DNA from: Perna viridis
Lineage: Eukaryota
Reading direction: 5' to 3'
Assembly: GCA_037379345.1 (NCBI GenBank)
Contig: CM074512.1
Coordinates: 38,564,001 to 38,628,000, forward strand
Length of the DNA: 64,000 nt
Shown: positions 14,664 to 29,295 of the stretch, piece after piece
Layout of the letters: each line of letters starts with the position of its first letter
Numbering within the stretch: position 1 is the stretch's first letter
Program-made: the position numbers and the translations under genes
Notes under the pieces: generated by a model
Database searches by the model: none
Told to the model about the DNA's origin: nothing
What the model saw: only the letters and a program-made list of their open reading frames with translations

Positions 14664-14840
14664 AGACTGTGGCCTTCGTTAACTTACGGACTGAGTGAAA
14701 TGCTTGGTGATAGCTACACCAAGGAGGTGAATGAGGCTTGGAGGAAATTATATGTATATATTTGTTACCATATGAAACGTGGAATGGAAAACCCAGACAT
14801 GGAAATAGAAGGCTATACTCTCAGTTCACATCAATGCTGA
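14664..14840 (+). CDS. Globin A, coding exon 3 (G-H helices, stop)
   Basis: Polypyrimidine tract and CAG| acceptor, phase 0 (G7.0). Encodes RLWPSLTYGLSEMLGDSYTKEVNEAWRKLYVYICYHMKRGMENPDMEIEGYTLSSHQC* with the H-helix AW motif. Spliced protein is 191 aa. Confidence 0.94.
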   Translation, partial: RLWPSLTYGLSEMLGDSYTKEVNEAWRKLYVYICYHMKRGMENPDMEIEGYTLSSHQC

Positions 14841-17800
14841 ATTTTTAAAGTTTTTGTTATGGAATTATATTAAAAGAAGTATGAAGGAATGTTGAGACAG
14901 AAAGTTGTACTAGTGACATGTCAAAAGCATAACAGTGCATATACACAACACAAGTATGCAACATTAATATTCAATATTTATAGCTTTTGTAATACATTTG
15001 TGATAGCCTGTTCATTTGCATTTCAAATAATAAGATATAACATTAGTGAAAGTTCTTAAAAAAACAATTACCGAGATCACTAATCAAATAGTAAAAGTAA
15101 GACAACAAACGAATTTGAATTTTCCATAACTTGATTAGTTTCATTATGACATTTGTGGTCTATATGTGTTTAATACAAATCTCAAGACAATAATGACCTC
15201 GTTCATCCCAACACACTGTTTGGCATTTCAGTATCTTGTTAACGGGAAACATTCAACTGTGTCCAGACGATGGTAAAGAGCATCACTTACAGAATTCTAA
15301 TAAGACAGACGAGTCTAATTAAGGTTACATCAACCAAAATTAAATTCATAATAGACACTGACTAAAGGGTCCAATCAGCTAGAACATTTCGGATGAAACT
15401 GAAATGAAATAAAAAATTGAATTAAGATGGGTTTGTGTAATTTAATTTTTTAAATAATACTAAAAACCCATCATACTTAAAAATTGTTTTATGTAAAATA
15501 GTTAAGAAAATACAAAGGGGTACCGCTCCCATGACTTCCAGCTTTAATATGATCAATCAAAATTATAGAGTATATGAAAGACCCGCCCTGCCTTCAATTT
15601 GCCTATGGAAATTAAAAATAAAGTTATGTGCTGATATGAAAGTGTTTTTTTTTTTAAATTAACCTTTTTTTTAAATAATGAAAAATTGAAATGAATCCTT
15701 AGCATTGAATTCCAATGAAACGTCAAGACATCACAGAAACTGTAATATTAGCATGAATGAAGAGAAATTAAATAAGGATATAAAATTTCATTATTTTATT
15801 ATCAATGTAAAAAATTTAGACCTCACTTTCTGTGTTTGATTAAGTTTTATTTGTATTTTACTTGTATTTAGTGCCTTTCTACCTTTTAAATGTGGCTATT
15901 ATTCACTTATTTATTATTCATATTATCAATATCAATGCAACAAATGATGATGTATTGGTCACAAGACCTTGTTCAAATTAACACATACACTTGCTCGAGT
16001 TTTGAAACTAGCATTCGACATTTTCTTTACAGCTCAATATCGCGTCAAATTTAGCAGTCCTAAAAAGTAATTGATAACGAACCAAAAAATTACATCTGAA
16101 GATTTTTTTTCGGTTTTGATTGTGTTATTTCGGCTCTCTCTTATGGGATTTTTGGCTTTGGATATTAAACAGAAACAAAGTGACGTCACTTGAAATATAA
16201 AAGAAACGGAAGAAACAAATATTGTGTCTAAATGCTTGAATTATAATGTTAAAAGAAAATGCATCGTGTTTTTTTTTTTTTTTTTTTTTTGACAAGTTGC
16301 ACCTTTATAAAGAACAGCAACACAATGATAGGGTTAGGGGGCGATAAGATATACAGACAAGAAAACATTTGAAAGAAGCAATTAATCAAACAAATTGTCG
16401 AGATTACGATAAGAAATGACATAAACCAGGATCATTAAACCATCAAAGTTATCAAAACATAATGCGTGAAAAAAAAACCCTGAGTAGCATCTTCTTAAGT
16501 TACCATAGGTCAGTAAATATTGACGTTTTAGCTGGGGTTTCCAACCCTTTTTTTCCCACTGTGTTACTTAAATACATCTATATAAAATTGGTATATTATC
16601 TCATATGTATTATGGAAGACCATACGACAGAGTCAATTTTAAAAGATAATTATACGAACTGAGGAAACTTGACAGTTGTAGCTTTCGTGACGACGGCAAC
16701 TAAAGTTATCTAGTTTTGATTACTGATTTCACACGACGACGTCGAGAATAAAATCAATAGTTCAATTCTACCGACCTCATTTACAGTTTCAACCAATGTG
16801 TACTTGACAAAGAGATTCGGTAAAATTTGATAGGATAGGTTGGAGGAAAATCATATCACAATAAAACAACTTTTAATCGATCATATGTATTCAAGATAAG
16901 CATTAGATGAGAATGAATATCCCATTCTTAAGGTCTGATTGAAAAAAAAACCAAAGTTTCTTTGAAGTGATCATATTTAGCCTGAATAATTATCCATTCT
17001 TGATGGCTACCGGTCCCTTCTAGAAGTCAAGGATAAAACAGGTTTTTGACTTAAAAAAAAATGCAAATTTTACTTAATACCGGAAATCAACAACACGCAA
17101 TATCCGCATTAGTTTTGTACATGAGTTGTCTTACTTGGTTAAGATCTGAAAAATAATTTCCTGAATAAATGCAAACATGACAAAATTGTTAGGTAGTCTC
17201 GTTAAAGAATTTTTTTATTAACTCTGTCAAACATGTGATATTTTAAATCCTGTATTAGAGGTTTAGATATTCATAGCTCATCAGTGCTTTAATTATTCTA
17301 TAAATCCATGATATTAACTAGAGAAATGTTAACTGAATCAAAATAATTGTTGGAATGAATGAAACATTAGCTTTAGGCATTGGATAAAAAAGAAGAATTT
17401 AATTAAGAACATATACTAATCAGACAAACTATTCACGACCGGATTTAGGATTCGAAGTCAAATGGGGCGCAGGTCTTTTTGCAAGTAATTCTTGATTATC
17501 TGTCCTACTTTATAAAAGGATTGGTTTTTATAAAGGTTTTGCTAACTTCATGTGTTTGCAAACCATATTGCACCATGTTTTACTGCTTCTTTTTTGCTCT
17601 TCCAACCGTAGCTACATCAATTTTAGAAGTCGGTCGAAATCAATAGGCAGAACTCTACAGAAGAGAAATGATAAATAAATATCTGAAAATAAAAGGAAAT
17701 TAAGTAAATAAAAAAAAAAGATTTTAAAAATAATTCATTCCTGTGGCAGAGGATTCATCAAGTTTAAAATGAAGAAATAGTATAAATGTAAATACTACAG

Positions 17801-18829
17801 AAAATTTGTTGACATTATGAAAATCCAACATCAATCTGTTTGTCAAAAAAGAATGTTTCTAAATATTATCTTGAAATCGGAAATTAAACTTTTTAGGCAG
17901 CGCATGAGAAGTATACTTTCTTGTAATATTGTCTCTCATGCAATGATGGCGTATTAAAAAGTCCGAATTGTCGCTAAAACCATAACAACTGGAGAAATGT
18001 AAATACCAAATGCATGGGAAAGCTGGTATATTACTATGCAAGAAAAGAGAAATTTATGAACGGAAGGTATTCTCCAAAACTTAGGATTATTAATGCAGAG
18101 ATTATAGTCAAAATATCGATGTTTGAAATTAAAGAATCTAGCAACTTAAACTGTCTTGTCTTTTCACAAAATATAAAGTGACTACGATTCATATGAGTAA
18201 AGAAACAGATCGACTAGTAGAGGGGCACAATTAGTGTCCATTGGAGTGCCGGTATGTTGTTGAAAAAGTTTCTCTCCAAAAATCACCTGTTACTCGGCGT
18301 AGCAACTTTTATAATTTTGTTCTACAGTGGTAAATTATGTATAATTGTTGCTTTAAACAACAATTTACAAGCTTCAGAATTTACGTTAACATCATCTTAG
18401 GCAAAAAAAACACGGTGAGGAAATAATTAGCAACAGTTAAGGTCAAAATTATTTTACTGTCTTTAAACAACATTTAATTTTTCACACACTTTGTAATGCT
18501 ACAAACAGTTTTTTATTTGACGAATTGTGATGGTAATATTAAAAGGCTTTCAAAATGTTCATTTTTAATCAATCTGTCAATCAAATACTTTTTTAATTAT
18601 AACTAATAACATAGTTTCTCAGTTCAAAATCAAAGAAGGATTTTGAATGTCAAAAACTTCAGACTGTAATAAACTCCATCGTCGGGATCTCAAATCAAAT
18701 GTAAATTGATCAGGCAGTTTCTATATGGAACACCATTACGCGATCATTTAAATAGTTTTGATTTTAAAATGTTCATTAATTTATATTTATGGCAAATATT
18801 GGTGAAATTTACTGAAAAAAATGTAGTAA

Positions 18830-19450
18830 TGAACAAAATTGTGGAAGGAAGAAGCAATGCCGAAGGTTCAAACAAATGGAAATGCTTGGACGAAACCAAA
18901 CAAGCAATTCCAAAAGAACGACAGACGAAAAACAAATCGTACACCAGAAAAGAAATATATGTCCGCCCACACACAAAAAAAAGAACGAACGGACAATACG
19001 AACATAAAAGAAACCTAGGTGAAATCAGGAACATTTGCCACACTGCCTGTTGAAGGTCAAGTCTTATGAAAGAGTGAGGGTGCATATGAAATATGGAGGG
19101 TGTTGGTCATGTTAGTAACGGTAACTCCATTCGAGTCATGGTGACAACAGTAAAAATACCAATCTTTGTCTATGTGTGATATAATCTTTTAGGTAGATGA
19201 GATGAGAACCTAAGGTTATTATAAAACATGTATCAATAACTTTGAATAGCAAAAACTTAATATAGGACTGTGCTTACCTTGATTCTTCTATTCGACTAAG
19301 TTTCGGGTAAAGTGTGCTTCATTGAAGTGTAGTAAAGATTAATAAGTAGTGGTTCACAATTGGTGCCCATCGGAATGGGCTCCAATTGCGAAAACTGTCT
19401 AAAACCCCGCAACAACCTGCTGAATTGTTTTTGTCTACTTATGGCAGAAA
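18830..19450 (-). mobile_element. Heavily decayed, internally deleted Penelope-like RT remnant
   Basis: Minus-strand fragments in collinear order: FRQ..IPMGTNCEPLLINLY (PLE GIPMGTNCAPLLADL motif), FKVIDT...HLIYLKD (decayed FRYIDD...IYP), FYCCHHD..GVTVTNMT (decayed FYGRHHD...GISVSQMT), then a T-rich 3' region. Confidence 0.65.
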
Positions 19451-22400
19451 TAGTATTTTCTATCTTATTTAACAACAAGCCTTGTATGTCCTTTTCTAAG
19501 CTTCCGATATCCAGTTCTTTATAATCTTCCTATACCATATATATTTGTATTCACAACCGGGAATATGTTTAAAGCTACCATAGAGAATACCTATCTACTT
19601 TTTGTACACACTTCGTATAGAGAAAGTTTATGAGAAATATTATGTGAGATCGATACTAATATACAAGTGTTGATCAAACAATTTTCGTCTGTGTTGTGTG
19701 TTTATCGGCCAATATATCATCTTCACTCTGATGACAGATTTGATCAGTTTGTCATCCACCAGATATAATATTAGTAACTCCAGCGGAAGCTTCATCTACC
19801 ACTGCACCTGATACATTTATTTTAGTTTTTTCTATCTTATGATTTCTCTATTTTGTTTGCAATTTAATTGTTGTTTTTTCTCAAAAGAGATAAACCATTT
19901 GGTAAGAGTGCATTGTAATCGCTTTGACATCACTTCTTGCTCCATATAGAATATTTGAAATGGCCTATTACCATTGATTGATAGGGAAACGGATCATTAA
20001 TGTTATAAAGTACATCTAAACTACATTTGTGAAAAATTTGTACTAATTTGTGAAATTATATTATTTTGCCAGATGATACATCAAACATTTAATCAAAACA
20101 ATTTGTATTCCTGTTTCTAGTACAATTATGTAACCAGTAATTAAAGAATGTAATCATCGAGTAGCTATTGCCCATGTAAAAAGCTTTGTCGTGTCGTACC
20201 CTTTTGGCTTTGGCACTTTTCAATTATAATTTTGAAAAAGCCAATACAAAAAAAAAATAGCTTGAGAGTCACAATTTCCCTTTGTAGTGTATAAGGTGTC
20301 AAGGTGCAGACTTGCTAGGACTGAATGTCAACCGATTTATTTTCTTTTTGAAAAAGAATGACTATTCACAAATGAAGTAATTCAACGAGGCTGAAGTTGG
20401 ACAGCGTTGAATCTGTTTGTTATTTGAAGGCAATAAAAAAAGAATTAGAAATAAATTAGGACTGAGTCTGTTCTTTTGATAATAGTTAGAAGTCATTTCC
20501 GTTATTGAATCTCAACATTGCTTAGCGGCTTTTGTTATTACTCTCAAATTCTGTACTTTATGAAATAAGGAAAGTGACAATAAAATCATCGTCGCAGGAA
20601 AATTAACTTTCATTATTCCTTTCTTCAAAGATTTTATCTTTCGTTGGGACTTAAGCAACTGACAGCGAGAGATTCTAGAAATGGGTGAGGCGTCAGCTTT
20701 ACCAATGCTTGTTCAAACTGACACCACCTGTTAAAATCATACCGCCTATTTACTTTGAATATCTATTTTCTTTCCTGTTCTGTTCTGTTCTGTTTCTTCT
20801 TGGAAGACTTTAAAGTATCTAGATTACCAAACTATAAAAGAGTAGTTATAAAATTATGTAAAAGAAGAACATCTTTGAAATATAAAGAATGAGATTTATT
20901 GTTCATATCTATTGTACTGTTTTGACCACTGGTTTTAACGATTTTGACTGGTGGCAATTAGATGGTGCCAATTTGTGCAGTAGCGGGAGGTTTAACGCGC
21001 TAAAAAAAAACTGGTTAAATCTTTCATTTTAAAATGCCTATATCCAGTCAGGACAACTGCGGTGGATTTCCAACTTTCCATTTTTTTTACCATTTGTGAT
21101 ACGGATTGTCGGTTGTTTAAAGTCTTACCTACCTTTTACGTTGTGTGACACCACATAAATATGGTTGCAAAAATATTTGTTTTAATAGTCGTGAGTAAAT
21201 AGTAATACATGTATACACGTCATAGAATAACATTTTTTAATGTATTTAATGTTTTTGTTTTAATGACTAAGAGAACTTTTTTCTGTGACATTTCTATCCA
21301 CAATGACAAAGGAAATCAGGATTCAAACTCTAAAAAAAACATAATCCCGGGATTGTGGACTAGATAATGGAAATAAATACATAGCCAAAATAACATGCAC
21401 ATAGAAACAAAATTAAATGAGCACGCCGAACTGAATTAAAAACTGGAAGTATAGACCAGGTGTACCGGTAGAGTAAGCGTCCTTCGCTTTTCTAGAATGA
21501 CCTTCAAATTATATCTTTTTCCGACGCAGTCGGTATTGTTTCGCTTTTAACCCTTTGTCCTTATAGACGCTCTTCTATGGAAACGCAAGTTACGTGATCG
21601 CAATTCTGTTTAATTATTTTCCGAAATAGTGACAACTTAGTGGCGTTCGAAAAAACACTGTATCCAAATTGCGTGCCATGTGTTATTTTCTTGTATGAAA
21701 TATCGAAAATTATAAGTAAAACGCAAAATTTACAGCGTCGACTATCCTTTTTTCAAAGAAAGTTAAAATTTTTATGCATAATCAAGGATTACCTTGTTTA
21801 TATCTGAGTGAAGAGGATGTAAATTGCTGATTATAAATATTGTAATCAAGTATTCTAATTGCAGATTTAATTACCAACATTTATGCTATTCGCTAAATTG
21901 TAGCATTTCAATTTATTTTCAAATGTTGGTGAAGGCTTGTTAGTGAAATTATATTAAAATACAGAGTAAACAGAGGCATCATAAAAGTAAGATGACTAAG
22001 TACCCAATTTATCATGTTTTAAATGGAAAAATATTGACACTTTTGAAAGACATGTTTTTGAAATGATTTATGAGTTTAGAAGCAATTGCGAAAAACCTTT
22101 GATTTATTTTATTTTAAATAACCTTTATTTAGGTCACAAAAAAGATACATCTTATATCTGATGTATTTTCTTTTAAAAAACAAAATATTGTTATTTTATT
22201 TCATTGAACCAAGTTAAATGTGTACAGGAATGTTTAGCAATGCTTGAAACTATTATTTATTTTTTTTACTCTCCAACACTCAGGGTAAAGCTTTACATTA
22301 CCACACAGAGAAAGGGACCAAATCGTAGATTGAATTATCTACTATTTTGTACATTTACGAATAATCCTTTATATTTATTTATATTTTTTAACGTTGCATG

Positions 22401-24136
22401 TATGGTGTCAGATTGTCATCAATATTTACTCTCTGTCCTTGAAATGCTTCAAATGTATTAGAATACATATGGTAACACTTTAAATCGTTGATTATTGTAC
22501 CACAGTTATGTACAGAACTGTAGGCGTCAATTGCAGTAGGCATACAACTAATAGCATTAGCTTACTTGTTTGTGTTTATTGCAATGAAAGACTTAAGGGA
22601 ACACAAACCGACATTTTGTCTTTATGCTTTAAATGAAAGTTAGACAAGCACTATCAGAGTATTCAAATGTTTAATTTTTCCATTTTTGGAAAGTTCATCA
22701 AATAACGTACGTAGGGCTGTCAGACAAACAAAATTCATTTAAGTTTCTAATATATAAATTTGTAGAAATACCCAAAAGGCACTTCTTATGTTTCCACGAA
22801 TAATGAAATTATTTCTGTAGAGGTCGGTATTTCATTTTTTTTTCTCTTTTCTTTATTAGTATTCTTGATAGAATTGTCTAGCAGAAGAAGGTTCATGAAG
22901 TTTAAATAGCATTTAGCAAATCGTGAGCTTTTTGTGGGACAGTTTAAGAAGATGTACTTTTGTAATTTATTTTATGGAAGTTTATGAGTACATTTAGAAC
23001 TTATAACCGATTAACTGCTCGCTTTTCAAAGTGATAGATGCAAATAAGACATTTTTTTTCAATCTAAACCTGTATAAACGAATAAACTTCTAGTATTCCG
23101 TATAACTTCTTTACATTTTCAAACGAATATTAATGCTTGATAAGTTTCTATTCAACGTTTTTATTTCATTACAGTTTAACTTCGCTGAAGTTCTGCATAT
23201 TTCCTTTCTATAAAAATAATTTGCTTTTCTACTCAAGTTGACACTAGTTTTCGTCTCGTGCTTAACATATAAAAAGTTTAATTCATGGATTTCCCCCTTC
23301 TTTAAAAAATGGATTGTTGTTTTCTTAAACATTCGACATCTGAAGAATTTCAACTTCGTGGTTTTTGACACTATTTATTTCATCTCAAAATTGAAATTTT
23401 ATTTCCATTAAATATATGTATTCGAATAACTCAATTTATCAGACTTGTTATCTTGGTGTGTCAAACTTTCACATTCCTAATAAAATACAAAATTAATATA
23501 GAAAACCGAAAATAAAGAAGACAAAATAAAAAAAAAATCATTGCGTTCCTTCATGGGGACGGGCGTCAATCGCTCATTGCCCAGCAGTTTATCATTTGTT
23601 TGATCTAGATTCGAAAGTTGTTTATTACTAAAAAATTGATTTAATATGAGTGTTATATTGGTTCAAATGGGTATAAATCAAGAAATTTTTTTTTCTTTTG
23701 GTCTGCCCCGCCCCCCCCCCCCCAAGATTAGTTAGCTATGCTTTGTGAAACATTTTTTACCATAAACATAGTTCCCTGATTTTGACAATTCTTCTACTCG
23801 ACGATTAAGGAGTCTATTTAGTAATCCAGGCATTGAAACTCATTATATATATTTCACATAACGCCTTATTGTTATCATCGAATATTCAGTATTGATAGTA
23901 CGCGATCCAAATTATCAGTCGTAACGAGGCCGTGTCTCTTTCAGACAAAATGTCTGCCTCTTTTAAATTTTGATAATGAATAAGACTCCAAATTGGAGAC
24001 TGCCTTACAACCACTAAAATATAAGAGAAAGAATATAAGGAGAATATATAAACAGTTGATTCATTTGTCTTGTTATGTTGTACTTGTGCATGTTGTTATA
24101 TTTGGGTCAAGCTTGGCTTTGACGCGCAGTACAACA

Positions 24137-25330
24137 TTAAAAGAGACGTGACACACAAATTTATTTTTAGTTTTTCAATTTTTAGTTTATTTGATTTATT
24201 ACACATCATGTATATATATATAAAATCAAAACGTCCCTTGTAGCCACTCACGTCGTTTAATTGAAGATTAATTGATTCAAAATCGACGATGACCCAAGCC
24301 ATGTCAATTTTTATAAGTCATGTGAACACGTGACCGTATTACGTCATTTGTTCTCAATTCATAGATTGAGTGATTGAAATGCGTGGGGCTTCTGCATTTG
24401 TTGCATGAATTCTACAACTGAAGGTTGAAATATTGAAAGTTGTGGTTTGCCAGCGAATGTATACTTACAGTTGTATCAATTTAAATCACTTGGAAAAGAA
24501 AATGATAAACACTGTCAGAAATATTGACCTATTACATGTAGCATAGACCACCTATGATCACTAGACTATCCTCAGTTAGACGACACCACTTCTGTTTGAA
24601 GATTACATAGAAATATTTCCTTATATTATGTCATGTAAGATTGAACTATTTACATAAAGAAAATTAACTTCATATTCTAACATTGAAAGTGTTCCGATCT
24701 CGATCTTCAATGAAAATGGAATATTACTCCTGACAAGTGCACCAGTGCTAGGGATGTAATGTAAAGTCCCTGCAAGTACAGAGGATAATACGAACATGTT
24801 TTTTTATTGGTTTTTGATAATTTTATTTGATAAACCATAATGGTTTCGTGCTGAAGCTTCCTCGTGTTCTTAGTCTTTTTTTTTTTTTTGCTAGAATCAA
24901 GTACTTTAACTGACCTATAAAAATACAGTCCGTACCATAAAAGCTCCATTAAACTCTCTTAGGGTCATTTATTATATTTTGTGTATTGTGTCAAATTCTC
25001 CTTGTTAATTGCTTTATTTCAAAATCCGTAAGACGAAAGAAATTCCAAGTCATACACCTGTATCTACATCTGTGTCATGGGTCGCCGAACCATGTAAAGA
25101 TAAAAGAAGGCGACCATGCTATCTCTTGGTCATAATTAAGTCTACCGGGCGTGTTTATTAATATAACAAGCGGTAAAGAAAGAACGATATACAGCATGTC
25201 ACTATTTTAGTTGTACCCTCCAGTTCAAGTCCTAAAAACAGTGTGCAAAGTAGTTGTGTATTCAACCCGCGGGGATGTATGCCTAACGACAATGAAAAGC
25301 TGACAGAAAACGAGAAGAACTTTAGTCTTC
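24137..25330. repeat. Left arm of a long inverted repeat
   Basis: Reverse complement of 29296-30340 along its length, e.g. TTGATTCAAAATCGACGATGACCCAAGCCATG vs CATGGCTTGGGTCATCGTCGATTTTGAATCAA and GTGCAAAGTAGTTGTGTATT vs AATACACAACTACTTTGCAC. Roughly 80-85% identity by eye, with indels. Confidence 0.92.
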
Positions 25331-27449
25331 ATGCAGTATTTTTTTGTGTCATGTCTCCTTTAAAATACATTTCGACAATGTTTCATATCTGGCTGATTGG
25401 TCCCATTTTGTCTCTGGTAATAAATCGTTTATTACTTTTTCTTTGTAATATGTTTGACTACATTTAAGACCATATAAGTCTTGACACATACGATACATAT
25501 TGCCTAGCACGAATTTCATGTGTTGGGTTTATTCATTAATTAAAGACATTTTACCTACCAATAGGTACATGTGTTTAAAGGATAATAATCCAAAAAGGTC
25601 AAAAGTCATTTCGAAGCTGAAATTATGTTTACAAGAAAAAAAACGTAATTTCACTTATTTTTGTGTTTTCAAAAACTTATCAAAGGTATCTATAGTAACA
25701 TTTATTACCTCTTTCCCCATTATGAACAAAAACAAAAACGTATTTCTTTTATTATTTTGGAGATGTTAAGGACAAATGAGAAAAAATGAAATGTGTTATA
25801 ATGGAAAAAATCGAGTGATGTTCCTAGGTGCAATTGTTTAAGATTGACTTTTACTCGTTTAATATTTGTCAATATGATAACTACCCTAAATATAAAAGTT
25901 TTGCCTACTCCTTTTGTTTTTGTATTCTATTTACTTTATAAGAATATTTAAACAATGATTATAAATGTCGTAAAAACCTCTTTCTCATAATAAGTTTCTT
26001 AAAAACCTTTTAATTGATGATTATATTTAACAAACTGATTGAAATTCAAAAGTAACTCTTTTCAAAAACTTTTTTGCTTGAATGTGTTTATGATTTTTCC
26101 TTAGATACTCAGTAATATACGATGGAAGAGTTTCTTGTTTTGATTAAGCATTAATGATTTTTTTGCAATAAACAAAGCTTTTGTAAATTAAATGTAATGC
26201 AATCGATATTTCCACTTCCCCATAAATCAAATCTTTATTTCACTGTATTAATTTTATCAATTCATTCTTCATAGTATTACATTTTTACAGAGTAATCCAG
26301 GAATTGCTTTTCAACGATGTTTCAATCAGTTATCACTGCATGTGAAATAAAACCATGTTCACGGCGAACATATGACCTAATGCTTTATTCAATTTCAGAT
26401 TTGGCTTTGTTTTACAATGTTAATTTCTATTGCTAACGTGAGTTCCCACTTTTTTCAAAAATCGACACATAGTTATTGCGGGTATGGTCAGACAAACCCT
26501 ACACTGTTTTCCCAATAAGTATTTCCTGTCGTTTAAAATCAAATTCTTAAATGTTGTTATAGTCTATGGGTTACTTTACTCTATTAAAACATGGTTTTGA
26601 AATATCAACCATTAATTTTTAATACCAAAAAAAAAAAACAAAACAAAATAAAGGGTAAAATCTTTACGTTTGAAATAAATGAACAAAATATTTTCCCTCC
26701 TTTTTCAATGATTGATTATGAACCATGTGAAACATGCACATGTTTAGTTTGATGAATAGAAAACTGTTCGAAGTTCAAAGAAACTTGAAGTCATTCATGC
26801 TAGAAACATCTCACTCAAAGTAATGAATATCATGATTTATCTGCTAAATAATAAATTGCGATATCAACCTTCAAAGAAATCATTTTCTACTGTTCCAATA
26901 AAGATTAAAGAACAGTAAATTGTTATAGTCTATTTTATGCAACTTGTACGGATAATAAATTCTGAAAAATATCTGTCTTAAGGTATTCTGTATATTTCAT
27001 TTCGGTTTCCATGAGGAAAAATTGCATTTTAGTTAAGTAAGTTGTTATAAATGGCCTAAAGCAAAACGAGGTGTCTCTCAGAAAGCTACATCAATTTATT
27101 AATTATTGACAATGTGAAAAGCATTGCATAACACAAAGAATGATTTAAATTTATTTTTCGTGTCATTTGAATTTAAGAAACTTACTGTCAACTGTGATTA
27201 TGTTCTGAAAATGAATAAGAGCTTTAACCTTCAAATAGAGTTCCATCGAGAAAGCAGTTTTAACACGATGCTATACTCTGTAACATCTTCTTATAAAATG
27301 AGAGTACAGTCAAGTTATTTATTTTATTACTCGCTTAAATGAATAAGAAATAAATAATACATGTCGATAGACAAATAAGATGGATATATTAAATAATGTT
27401 ACAGACAAACCTGTCTAAACTTAATTTATTATCTAAAAAAAGAATATGA

Positions 27450-27589
27450 AAATTGAGATCTTACTCAAATCCATGTGTTTTTCCTCAAATCTTCAATTTC
27501 AATTGATTTGATTGGTCAAAATCTGAGTTGAAGAAGGATTTGAGGAAAATCTCAGTTCAATATGAGATTTCTTATGAAACCGGGTCCTG
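27450..27589. mobile_element. Partial palindromic MITE-like element in the spacer of the long inverted repeat
   Basis: TTTTCCTCAAATC (27479-27491) is inverted to GATTTGAGGAAAA (27537-27549), followed by a terminal-looking TTATGAAACCGGGTCC. Confidence 0.4.
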
Positions 27590-29295
27590 AAGACCAGTCC
27601 AAATCAGACTTCTCCTAAAGACCCTTCATAACAATATCAGTGTATTTTAAAACTTAGAAAATCAAACACCTTTATTAACAGTGCAAATCATTCAGTCCCT
27701 CAGGGTTTGCGTTTGGACAGGTTCAGTATATCAAATACCATACATGCTTACCTGTAAAAATATTCGTCTTTTTTGTGTTCAACATTTTCTTGCGACGAAA
27801 TACCTTAAAATATTTTATTCAGTTGTTAGTGTTTTAAGTATAAGTTCAATCAATTTACGTTCTTCTAGACATTCAGCAGAACAATCAAAATGATTAGAGA
27901 TTTGTGTCAGGGATATATTTATGCTCCAGTGAGAAAATAATGCTTAGAAGATAAGACAAACCTATTTCTTTTATTGGATTGGTATACCACCTGATAGAAA
28001 TATCAAAGATTCATTACACGTCAGTACTAATTACTTCAACAGAAAGGCACCTGTAGTGAACTTCATATGATATTTTCAATTTACAATCAAAACAACAGTC
28101 GCAGTGAATGCTTTAGGAGTTGAAATTTTCACTTTGATACTGTGTTTACCTTAGGATTGGTGCAATATAAAGTAAATTCCAATGCAGTTCTTTCATTTTC
28201 GTTAAACTTTTTTTACATTTCAAAATGATTGTAAAAACTTTTTGGTCGTACTGATATTTCATCACACAAACAGATTTTTTGGTTATGACTTGAACAATTT
28301 AGGACTATAAGCAACCAGATCCATGCATTTACCTTATATCATGACAATATTTTGAATAAAATTGTATGTATGTAAATGGAATTGTACTATAAAGCGCCAT
28401 AATACAACAGCAATTTCATGTTTATTTTAAAGGTTTTGACTCACACATTTAAGAAATTAAGGGTCAAGAGATGGCAAGAAACTTGCTTAGTTTTAGTGTT
28501 CGAACAATAACTTGAAAAGAAGTGAAAAGATCTCTTTGACGATGTACCAAACGGTGACTTACGGATGAGCGCCCATGGACATGTTTAACCCCGCCACCCT
28601 GTAGTCAAGTGTTTTCGTTTTTTAATGTTCATTGTTATTCGTTTTACGTTTTTTTTTCTATAGATTAGGTCGATTATTGCCTTTTATGAATAGTTTCACT
28701 TCATATATTTCTGGGAATTTTACAGCTTGCTTTATGATATGGGTTTTGCCCATCATTGCAGACCGTGTGGTGTACTGTAAAAGTTTATTTTTTCGTTGAT
28801 GGGCTTTTGGTGGATGACTGTCTCATTGGCAAACATACCACATCTCCTATTTTATAAGTACGTTTTCAGAGTATATTTCTATAATTGCTACAAGCACTTG
28901 TCCCTATTATAGTAAGTCGCACCTATATAAGCTATGAAATAAATTCTTAAAGATGACGTGATACAAAAAATTTCATTTTATAAATGTTTTCATTTATGAA
29001 ACTATAGTATGTTTACATACGAGTGTAACAAACATTTTCTCATCATGTTAGCGCAAAATAAAGTTAGAATGATTTATTTGTGTTTTCACGACGACCTAAA
29101 ATGAAAACCGGAAGTTACGCTCAGTTACCATATATGGAAATGATACGTCATTGGTTCTCAATCTCTATTTGTGTACATTGAAAATGTATACACGTGTCCG
29201 AAAAAATTAATACGTCTTCGAAGATAGTTTGTTGATATGATGCAGAGTCGCCCATTGATCTGTGTATGGGTTCAATAATAGTGTTTAGAAAGTAA

